From Pseudobdellovibrionaceae bacterium (GTDB lineage: Bacteria > Bdellovibrionota > Bdellovibrionia > Bdellovibrionales > Bdellovibrionaceae), in contig JBIKLL010000069.1 of the NCBI GenBank assembly GCA_044359815.1, positions 1 to 14,456 of the forward strand: 14,456 nt of DNA, given 5' to 3'. Below are positions 1 through 7,521 of this stretch, one piece after another. How positions within the stretch are numbered: the first letter of the stretch is position 1; the number at the start of each line of letters is the position of its first letter. The position numbers and the translations under genes were made by a program. The notes beneath the pieces were generated by a model. The model was not told where the DNA came from, did not search any database, and was given only the letters and a program-made list of their open reading frames with translations.

Positions 1-35
1 TAGCTTAGCTTAGCTTAGCTTAGCTTAGCTTAGCT
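1..35. repeat. (TAGCT)7 pentanucleotide microsatellite, truncated by the window edge
   Basis: Seven perfect tandem TAGCT units from base 1 to 35. Confidence 0.95.
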
Positions 36-158
36 TTAAGCAGAGTCATGTCGGGAATCTCGGGAAAAATTTATATTAAAAATTGATGATTTTTGATGGC
101 ATGGGCTTGCAAAAGAACCAATCGAGTTAAAACAAATAACCCCTATAAAGGAGAAAAA

Positions 159-485
159 ATGAAACTTTTAATTTTAACAATAGTGAGTTCTTTATCACTA
201 ACGGCTTTTGCAAATACACAGGAAATTGATCCTAAGCTTGATAAAGCAATTGCGATTCTAAACAACAATGCCTCACGTGATATGTTAGACATCGATAAAA
301 TGTTTAATAAAGATTTAGTGAGCATGAGAGAACAATGTTTAATAATCGGTCAATTAAAAGGTAAAAACGAGGCTTTAGCACTTTTGGCAAAGACTTATGG
401 CCTAAGTACACAAAAAGAAATTTCTTTAAGCACAGAAATTACCCTAGTTAATTTAGAGTCATATTGTTTAAACGGTAATAAATAA
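159..485 (+). CDS. Small exported hypothetical protein (108 aa)
   Basis: AAGGAG Shine-Dalgarno at 148-153 precedes ATG 159, so 159 is preferred over the ORF-track start at 93. Sec-type signal peptide MKLLILTIVSSLSLTAFA; two Cys in the mature part; followed by a terminator hairpin. Confidence 0.8.
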   Translation: MKLLILTIVSSLSLTAFANTQEIDPKLDKAIAILNNNASRDMLDIDKMFNKDLVSMREQCLIIGQLKGKNEALALLAKTYGLSTQKEISLSTEITLVNLESYCLNGNK

Positions 486-515
486 TTGTTTATAAAATAA
501 TCTAATATTTTAGTT

Positions 516-544
516 AAAATGGCGTCCTTGTAGGGCGCCATTTT
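516..544. terminator. Bidirectional intrinsic terminator between convergent genes
   Basis: AAAATGGCGTCCT-TGT-AGGGCGCCATTTT: 13-bp inverted repeat with one G.U pair, A-tract before and T-tract after, between the stop at 485 (+) and the metG stop at 581 (-). Confidence 0.85.
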
Positions 545-580
545 CTTGTATAAGTTCTCAGGAAAAATTCGACAGCAAGG

Positions 581-2593
581 CTATTTAACCTTGTCGCCGG
601 GTTTGGCGCCGTTGTCGGGGCTTAGGACAAACATTCCGGAATCATTGCCAGCAGCTAATACCATGCCTTCGCTAATGCCGAATTTCATTTTTCGGGGGGC
701 CAGGTTGGCGACCACTAAAACTTTTCGACCTATTAATGTTTCTGCTTTGTAGGCTGATTTAATCCCGGCAATGATTTGTCGCTCGCCCATGGGGCCTAAT
801 GAAACCTTTAATCGCAATAATTTATCAGCTTCTACGATTTCTTCTGCATGCAGAATTTCAGCAACCCGCAAATCCACCTTGGAAAAGGTATCGATATCTA
901 AAAAATTCGGGCTTGTTGCAGCTGCCGCCGTTGGGGTTGCAGTTTTGTTGTCTGTGGGGATGCTGATTTTGCTGTCTTCTACCATGGCTTTTACCTTCTC
1001 TGGATCTATGCGGGTCAATAAATGTTCATAGGGTTTGATTTTAAAATTTTGTAAAACCGTTGAGTGGTCCTTCCACATATAATCTTTTTCGTTAAACAGA
1101 TTTTCAACACGGGCAACAAAGGCCGGGACCACGGGTTTTAAATAAATCGCCAATGTTCTAAACGCATTCAAGGTCGTAGATAAAACAACCTGAGTGTTTT
1201 TGGGATCAGTGTCGGCAGTTTTCCATGGGGCCTTGTGATCAAAATATTTATTAGCTTCGTCAGTCAGTTCGCGAATCACCGTGATGGCTTTATTGAAATT
1301 TCTGTCTTCATAATGTTTGGCGATGACTGGGGCTGCTTCGTGCAGGGTTTTTAGCAAGGCGCTGCCCTCAGCGTCTGGTGCAACTAATGTGTTTTCAAAT
1401 TTTTTACCTAGCATCTGCGCCCCGCGAGATGCCAGGTTGGTGATTTTGCCCACCAGATCAGAATTCACTCGGCTTGAAAAATCCTCCAGATTAAAATCAA
1501 TATCATCCATCCCAGAGCCAAGCTTCATCGCCAAATAATAACGCAAATAATCTGAATCCAAAAACTTAAGGTAGCTTGAAACATTTAATCCCGTGCCTTT
1601 GGATTTGCTCATTTTTTCGCCGTTGAGGGTTAAAAATCCGTGCACAAAAACACTATTGGGCGTTCTGAAATCCGCAGCGTTCAAAAGTGCAGGCCAAAAC
1701 AGCGTGTGAAAATAAACAATGTCTTTACCGATAAAATGAAAAACTTCAGAATCGTTTTTAGTTTTATTGTCGTGCCAAAATGTATCATAAAGCTTTTTCG
1801 AAAACTCCTGGCTGGCGCTCATGTATCCAATGGGTGCATCAACCCAGACGTAAAAATATTTATCCGTATACCCAGGAATTAAAAAACCAAAATAAGGAGC
1901 GTTTCTGGATATATCCCAGTCACGCAGGGGCTCATTAAACCATTCCATCATTTTATTGCAGACTTCTTTGGCGGTGTTTTGTTTAAGCCAGTCTTTTAAA
2001 AAATCCCTGAGGGCGTTGATTTTAAAAAACACCTGGTCTGATTTTTTGACCACGGGTGGATTTTTGCAAACCACACAATAGGGTGATTTTAAATCATTAG
2101 GTGTGTAGGTGCTGCTGCATTTTTCGCAGTTATCACCGTACTGATCCAGGGTCCCGCATTTAGGGCAAGTGCCCTTAACAAAACGATCGGGCAAAAACAT
2201 TTTGTCGTGTTCGCAGTACAATTGATCAATCGATTGTACTGCCAACAGTTTTTTGTCCTGCATTTTTTTATAAAAAGTTTCACACAGATTTTTGTTAGCC
2301 TCGGTATGAGTGGACGAATAAAAATCATGACTGATTTGAAATTTTTTAAAATCGTCTTCGTGGGATTTTTTTGCGTCGGTTACCAGTTTTTCGGGCGTGA
2401 TGTTACGCTGTTTTGCAGCCACCATAATGGGTGTGCCATGAGTGTCTGCTGCGCAAATAAAATGACAAATGTGACCATTAAGCCTGTGAAACCGAACCCA
2501 AATATCAGCCTGGGTGTGTTCCAATATATGCCCAAAATGCAATGGTCCATTGGCATAGGGTAGGGCACAGGTAACTAGAATGTTTCGCTTCAT
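581..2593 (-). CDS. metG: Methionine--tRNA ligase (E. coli-like type, with C-terminal tRNA-binding OB domain)
   Basis: ILVTCALPYANGPLHFGH (HIGH motif), KMSKS, knuckle region FLPDRFVKGTCPKC...QYGDNCEKC, WDISR, FYVWVDAPIGY, HFIGKDIVYFH, and C-terminal FSKVDLRVA...VANLAPRKMKFGISEGMVLAA. Confidence 0.98.
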   Translation of the reverse strand: MKRNILVTCALPYANGPLHFGHILEHTQADIWVRFHRLNGHICHFICAADTHGTPIMVAAKQRNITPEKLVTDAKKSHEDDFKKFQISHDFYSSTHTEANKNLCETFYKKMQDKKLLAVQSIDQLYCEHDKMFLPDRFVKGTCPKCGTLDQYGDNCEKCSSTYTPNDLKSPYCVVCKNPPVVKKSDQVFFKINALRDFLKDWLKQNTAKEVCNKMMEWFNEPLRDWDISRNAPYFGFLIPGYTDKYFYVWVDAPIGYMSASQEFSKKLYDTFWHDNKTKNDSEVFHFIGKDIVYFHTLFWPALLNAADFRTPNSVFVHGFLTLNGEKMSKSKGTGLNVSSYLKFLDSDYLRYYLAMKLGSGMDDIDFNLEDFSSRVNSDLVGKITNLASRGAQMLGKKFENTLVAPDAEGSALLKTLHEAAPVIAKHYEDRNFNKAITVIRELTDEANKYFDHKAPWKTADTDPKNTQVVLSTTLNAFRTLAIYLKPVVPAFVARVENLFNEKDYMWKDHSTVLQNFKIKPYEHLLTRIDPEKVKAMVEDSKISIPTDNKTATPTAAAATSPNFLDIDTFSKVDLRVAEILHAEEIVEADKLLRLKVSLGPMGERQIIAGIKSAYKAETLIGRKVLVVANLAPRKMKFGISEGMVLAAGNDSGMFVLSPDNGAKPGDKVK

Positions 2594-3486
2594 TCCGCGA
2601 ACTCTACCTTGCCGTTATCCATGTGGTAAAGACCAATTACGACTTTGACTTCTCCGCTGCCGACGGCCTTTTTAATAATAGTGGATTTGTTGATCAAATC
2701 CGCGGCGACACCGTCAGCATTGGCCCAAGCTTCTTTTTCATAAAGGGGGCCATTGGATTTGTTGGCCACTGATTTGATTCGGGGCTGAATATCCTGCACC
2801 AGATGATTTAAACTGGGGCTTCCGGCATCAGCGCCATCCATGGTTTCTAGCGATGCTTTGACAGCTCCACATTTGGTGTGACCCATTACCACGATTAGCT
2901 TTGAGCCTAAATGTTCAATGGCGTATTCGACACTGGCCACCATATTGTGGTCAAAGGATTGTCCAGCTGTGCGCACCACAAACAGCTCGCCTAATTTCTG
3001 ATCAAAAATCACTTCGGGTGGGACTCGTGAATCACTGCAAGAAACTATGATTGAGTGCGGTGATTGTCCCTCGGACAGTCTTTTTATGTCTTTCTTGGAT
3101 TGACCGTCTTTGCGCAGGCTGGATCTTAAAAATCGTGTGTTGCCGTTTTTTAACCATCGCAGGGCCTTGTCAGCCATTTCTGGATCAACAGGTTTTTTGG
3201 CGTGACCTTTTTTCTTGGAATGGGATCCATGATCATCAGAGGCTGCGGGCTCGGAAGCATTTTTGTTGTCAGTGGTTTTTGCCAGCTGAGCTACTTTATG
3301 AAGTTCTTTTTGTAAGTCCGCAGAGACTGTGCCTGATTCTTCTTTTTTAGGATCATCTTTTTTCGAGTCTTTTGCCGATTCAACAGCGGATTTGGCTCCT
3401 GTTGCAGCGACTGGTGTTTCCTCTTTAGGTGAGCTTGAGCAGGCGGCAGCAAATAAAATAGTCAGTATCAAAAATCTTATCTTCAT
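2590..3486 (-). CDS. Beta-class carbonic anhydrase, predicted lipoprotein
   Basis: Zn-ligand motifs CSDSRV and GHTKCG, LKNGNTRF, GELFVVRTAG, SVEYAIEHLG. Start moved to ATG 3486 (AAGGA upstream), giving the lipoprotein signal MKIRFLILTILFAAA-C. Stop overlaps the metG start (ATGA, 2590-2593). Confidence 0.93.
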   Translation of the reverse strand: MKIRFLILTILFAAACSSSPKEETPVAATGAKSAVESAKDSKKDDPKKEESGTVSADLQKELHKVAQLAKTTDNKNASEPAASDDHGSHSKKKGHAKKPVDPEMADKALRWLKNGNTRFLRSSLRKDGQSKKDIKRLSEGQSPHSIIVSCSDSRVPPEVIFDQKLGELFVVRTAGQSFDHNMVASVEYAIEHLGSKLIVVMGHTKCGAVKASLETMDGADAGSPSLNHLVQDIQPRIKSVANKSNGPLYEKEAWANADGVAADLINKSTIIKKAVGSGEVKVVIGLYHMDNGKVEFAE

Positions 3487-3552
3487 GTTGGCTTCCTTTG
3501 TTGCTTTTAATATTGTTAGATAGGATATTGAATTCATCAAGGATTCTTAATT

Positions 3553-4515
3553 ATGACTTTTCATCCCATTTCGTTTCCGTTGCCTGTATTGAGTGATGAT
3601 CAGGCTTTAAAAAACCTAAAATCCAGCCGTGGCAACAATCCACTGAAGGTTCGCAGTTTTTATTCGAGCTGGCTTGGTGGATTGTCAAAAAATATCGAAT
3701 TTTTGCAAATCCCCATTGATGATCATTTAGTGCACAGGGGTGATGGGGTTTTTGAAGCCATCAGATTTATCGACAAGAAAGTTTTTTTGTGCACAGAGCA
3801 TTTACAAAGGCTTTACAGAAGCGCTGAAAATTTAAAATTAAAAATCCCTGTGGCTATCGGCGAACTGCAAAAAATAATTCTAGAAACCTGTCAGCATTCT
3901 GGGCTAACCAGCGGAATGTTGAGGGTATTTGTATCCCGAGGGCCCGGTGGATTTGGCACTGATCCGCGGGAATCTAAGGGCTGTCAGTTTTTTGTGATTG
4001 CCATGGATTTTGCCCAACCGCCTGAAAAGTTTTTTACCGAGGGAGTGGTGGTTGCAAAAAGCCAATTTGAATCCAAACAGGGGATGTTTGCACAAACCAA
4101 AAGCTGTAATTATTTGCTGAACGTTTTGATTAAAATGGAAGCCATCGACAAGGGCGTCGATTTTTGTGTGACCTTTGATAAAGAAGGTTTTTTATCCGAA
4201 GCCCCCACCGAAAATATAATCGCCATGAATCATAATAATTGTTTGATCAGGCCCAAAAAAGGAAATTTGCTTGAGGGCACAACCATGATCAGGCTTTTGG
4301 AGCTTGCTAAGCAATCAGGGCTTCAGGTTGCCGAAGCTAATTTGTCCTATGATGATTTAATCAATGCGAAGGCTTTATTTATGGTGGGGACGACGTTGGA
4401 TGTGCAGCCTGTTAAAAAATTTGAATCAAAAGCATTTACAGATTTTGCGATGGCCCAGGATCTGCGTCAGCTATTATTAAAAAATCAACAGCAAAGTCCC
4501 GTGGGGTTTGCGTAA
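3553..4515 (+). CDS. PLP fold-type IV aminotransferase (D-amino-acid transaminase / 4-amino-4-deoxychorismate lyase / BCAT superfamily)
   Basis: GDGVFEAIR, EHLQRLYRSA, catalytic Lys in TKSCNYL, EAPTEN, LEGTT, MVGTT; AAGGA at 3539-3543. Confidence 0.92.
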   Translation: MTFHPISFPLPVLSDDQALKNLKSSRGNNPLKVRSFYSSWLGGLSKNIEFLQIPIDDHLVHRGDGVFEAIRFIDKKVFLCTEHLQRLYRSAENLKLKIPVAIGELQKIILETCQHSGLTSGMLRVFVSRGPGGFGTDPRESKGCQFFVIAMDFAQPPEKFFTEGVVVAKSQFESKQGMFAQTKSCNYLLNVLIKMEAIDKGVDFCVTFDKEGFLSEAPTENIIAMNHNNCLIRPKKGNLLEGTTMIRLLELAKQSGLQVAEANLSYDDLINAKALFMVGTTLDVQPVKKFESKAFTDFAMAQDLRQLLLKNQQQSPVGFA

Positions 4516-4535
4516 TTAAAAAAATATAAATTTCC

Positions 4536-5729
4536 TTAAGGGTAAAGTTTTTTAAGTTTTGTCCAGTTTGCCGGAGTCACTGATCCTGTTGTTGAATCTG
4601 ACATCAGATCACTATTATTGCTGTAGATCTGGTAGGCACAGTTGCTCCAATCCCAATAAATGAAATAGGAATCTGGTAATCCCAGAACATGACCAAATTC
4701 GTGCGACAGGGTATTGATTCGGTTGCCATTAAACATATTTAAAGTTTTGGACCCATCATTAACAAAAGCCCGATTCCCTTCTCCGACACCAACCAGGATT
4801 GTGTAAATATCCAAAAACTTGTTTTTTTCCTGCCAATCGATCTTTACTGACAAATCTGCAGAGGACCATTTGGCTTCAACAATGTCAGAAAATTCTTTTT
4901 CGTAGCCCTTAAAAGCTCCGGCATCCATTTTGACAATCAATTTATTTTGATCCCTTGTTATAAAACTTCGCTTTTCTACTTTAAATTTCCAATCAAAAAT
5001 AGTCTGAGCTGTTTTAGCCAGTTTATCTAAAGCTTTCTTTCTGTCTTCGGCGCTTGAGGCTTTGTTAAAATCATTGATTTTGTCAGAAAACCATTCTTGC
5101 TTTTCAAAAAAATCATACAAATCTGTTTTTGCAATTTGTGTGCAATTGACGTCTGATTTGCATTTTTCAATACGATTGATCATTTCTTTCATCGGCAGTT
5201 CATGGTCAGGCAGGGTTTCAAAATCAACTCCGGCTATACGGTCCTTATCCACGGCTATTAGGTGTCGAGTCTGCCGATAAAGGCTTAACCACTGAGAGGA
5301 CGGCTTTCTATCCCTTAAAAAAATGTAGTCGCGGTATTGTTGAATCCAACTATACCCTTCCATTTGCCATTTGTTTTGAATCGGTTTGTTTGGGTCAACA
5401 AAATCTGTTTGCAATATTAGTGGGCCCACTTTTTTACTGATGCCTTTTTCAACATCTGCTTTTGCCAGTCCTTTAATGACTTCGAGGTTTTGGTCCAAAA
5501 ATAAGGTCAGTTCTTCAATATGGTTTTTAAGTCCTTGATCGCAATAGGACACAGAATTTTGCAGATTTTTTTGCGCCAGTTTAAACAGGGACTGATCGTC
5601 GGGCATAGCGGTTAAAAAGGCCCTTGGGTCGGATTTGACCGAGTCATCAGATTTTTGGCAGGCAATCATCAAGACAGCGGTAATGGTTAACAAAGCCAGT
5701 TTTGCCGAGAATAAATTAATTTTAATCAT
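4536..5729 (-). CDS. Lipoprotein zinc metallopeptidase (metzincin-like, HExxHxxGxxD)
   Basis: Lipobox-like VLMIA-C; C-terminal HEFGHVLGLPDSY followed by a Met-turn-like DLMS. Confidence 0.8.
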   Translation of the reverse strand: MIKINLFSAKLALLTITAVLMIACQKSDDSVKSDPRAFLTAMPDDQSLFKLAQKNLQNSVSYCDQGLKNHIEELTLFLDQNLEVIKGLAKADVEKGISKKVGPLILQTDFVDPNKPIQNKWQMEGYSWIQQYRDYIFLRDRKPSSQWLSLYRQTRHLIAVDKDRIAGVDFETLPDHELPMKEMINRIEKCKSDVNCTQIAKTDLYDFFEKQEWFSDKINDFNKASSAEDRKKALDKLAKTAQTIFDWKFKVEKRSFITRDQNKLIVKMDAGAFKGYEKEFSDIVEAKWSSADLSVKIDWQEKNKFLDIYTILVGVGEGNRAFVNDGSKTLNMFNGNRINTLSHEFGHVLGLPDSYFIYWDWSNCAYQIYSNNSDLMSDSTTGSVTPANWTKLKKLYP

Positions 5730-5803
5730 AGGTTTGGGATACTAAGTTAATTTCCCAATCTAGTAAATGGGGCCTGGAATAATTACTGTCTGCCGCCAGT
5801 CGA

Positions 5804-6289
5804 CTACCAAGAGGTTTTTTCACAAACAGAATTTAGATTTTCCAGAGCTAATTTAAAGGCATCCTTCAGTTCAGCAGATTTATTGTCTTTTGCTCCGTCC
5901 AGTCGCAGCCGGGCTTTAACCAGGACACAGGACCGCTGGGTAAATAAATTAGATCCGGATTTGGGAACTAAATAATTAATCGTGCCTAAAACATATTGAT
6001 GATCAAAATGCAACCGCAATTGTTCATAGCTCACTTTGGGTTTTTGCTGGCAGCTGCTGACGATGGAATCAAAATCTGTATTTTCTTGTTTAATCAGTTT
6101 GTGCTTTGCTGCTGAATCCATTGGTTCAATGAACTTTGTAAAAAACTGTTTTTGTCTTTGCAATCCATAGTTCGCTTGGCATTTGTCCGAGCCACAGCTG
6201 TCGCCTGAACAAAAATCAGCAAAACTTTTGCTGGGTAGGAAAGCCAGTAAAATAATAAATGCTAATAAATTATTTTTTTGTTTAAGCAT
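5804..6289 (-). CDS. Small exported Cys-rich hypothetical protein
   Basis: Signal peptide MLKQKNNLLAFIILLAFLPSKSFA; six Cys; start overlaps the upstream gene by 28 nt. Confidence 0.75.
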   Translation of the reverse strand: MLKQKNNLLAFIILLAFLPSKSFADFCSGDSCGSDKCQANYGLQRQKQFFTKFIEPMDSAAKHKLIKQENTDFDSIVSSCQQKPKVSYEQLRLHFDHQYVLGTINYLVPKSGSNLFTQRSCVLVKARLRLDGAKDNKSAELKDAFKLALENLNSVCEKTSW

Positions 6290-7521
6290 GACTTAATCCC
6301 CAATTCTGATGTGACGGCCTGTTTTTTGTCCAAGATTTTTCCTAAATATTCAGATCTTTCTTTGCCCCTGGCACCGCCCATTTTTGCCAAATCCTTTTTC
6401 AAATCTTCTAAAAACTGATTGGTTTGATTAGCATTCAGTGTTTTTGATTTGTATTTATTGGTCAGCAACCTATTAAGCGATTCCTTCATCGCGCCAGCGC
6501 CAACGTTATGAGTCCAGGTTTTGATTTTTACGATCAATGAAGCAGCTTGATCGTCTGTCAGTTCGCTCTTTAAGTCCATAAACCTTTTTTGAAAAAACAC
6601 TTTGTCAGTCAATACATGCAATGACCATCGTTCATAGGCTAATGAATACACAATGTTTCGCAAAGGGTTTTTGTTATCCAGTGAAACTCGGTCACAGGTG
6701 TTTTGACTTTGCATCGGTGGGTTGATGGCTTGCTTGATCATTTCGCCACATAGTTTTTTATTTGTGTCAGATTTTGAGCTCATCGAAGAGTCAACAATAT
6801 CGTCCATAATCTCGGCATGCATAGATTTGTTAACATCAGTTATGGCGTCTTCTGTTAACTGTCCGATCCCTCCAGCGCCTGAAAAACTTTTGGCATTGGG
6901 ATTAAGGGCGGACTCTTGAACCATCATAAAAAACGTCGTTTCGATTGAATCGTTAATGTAGGACATATTTCCGCTGTAATATTGATCCATGCAATAAGCA
7001 GCGACGTTAAAAGAAGCACTGGTAATTTTGATCAGATTTTCAGAGGCACAGGGGTCCCTATAGTTTTTTTCGACTGTGCAGGGTTCTTTGATTTTAATTT
7101 TTTTAGATTTTTTAGTTTTTTTGTCTTTAACCGTTTCCCATCTGGTGCAAACTGAATTCCCTTGTTCGGTGGATTTTGCTCCGGGCTGGCAATGCACGTT
7201 CTTGGGACTTCTGTTTAATTTCATCGCCGCAGCTACGCATTCGGGTTTTATATATTCATGAAACTCCATAGACTTTGGTGCCACGAGGGTTTGAAAAAAA
7301 CTGTCTTGTGTAACCAGTTGGTTGATTTGCTTTTCCAAATAATCATTACCACTGTTGCAGCTTTCAGGTTTTAAAATACCTGGATTTTTGGGCCTGCATT
7401 TTTCAGAGTTATCTACTACATCTGATATTTTGTTCAGAATCAGCTCAAACTTTTCCTCTGGGGTCAGTCCCGAGCTGTCAGCCTGTCCCCACAAATGAAA
7501 AAACAAAATCAACCAAATCAC
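6262..7521 (-). CDS. Exported lytic transglycosylase-like (SLT/GH23 fold) protein, Cys-rich
   Basis: SLT motif I/II equivalents VQESALNPNAKSFSGAGGIGQLT and motif-III-like HNVGAG. Likely start GTG at 7521 (AAAGGA 5 nt upstream, GTGA overlap with the upstream stop), giving signal peptide MIWLILFFHLWGQA. Confidence 0.78.
   Translation of the reverse strand: MIWLILFFHLWGQADSSGLTPEEKFELILNKISDVVDNSEKCRPKNPGILKPESCNSGNDYLEKQINQLVTQDSFFQTLVAPKSMEFHEYIKPECVAAAMKLNRSPKNVHCQPGAKSTEQGNSVCTRWETVKDKKTKKSKKIKIKEPCTVEKNYRDPCASENLIKITSASFNVAAYCMDQYYSGNMSYINDSIETTFFMMVQESALNPNAKSFSGAGGIGQLTEDAITDVNKSMHAEIMDDIVDSSMSSKSDTNKKLCGEMIKQAINPPMQSQNTCDRVSLDNKNPLRNIVYSLAYERWSLHVLTDKVFFQKRFMDLKSELTDDQAASLIVKIKTWTHNVGAGAMKESLNRLLTNKYKSKTLNANQTNQFLEDLKKDLAKMGGARGKERSEYLGKILDKKQAVTSELGIKSCLNKKIIY

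Noticed and set aside
93..158. N-terminal extension of the first ORF
   Set aside because: A strong SD and signal peptide indicate the start is ATG 159.
546..2568. Short ORFs at 546-752, 771-1031, 1317-1538, 1640-1882, 2089-2328, 2207-2563 and 2380-2568
   Set aside because: Antisense or off-frame shadows of metG with no motifs or RBS.
3487..3540. Longer start for the carbonic anhydrase
   Set aside because: It would bury the lipoprotein signal and leave only 12 bp for divergent promoters; the SD supports 3486.
5734..5758. TTGGGA-N13-TCCCAA inverted repeat upstream of the metallopeptidase
   Set aside because: Only a 6-bp stem with a long loop and no T-tail; cannot be distinguished from chance.
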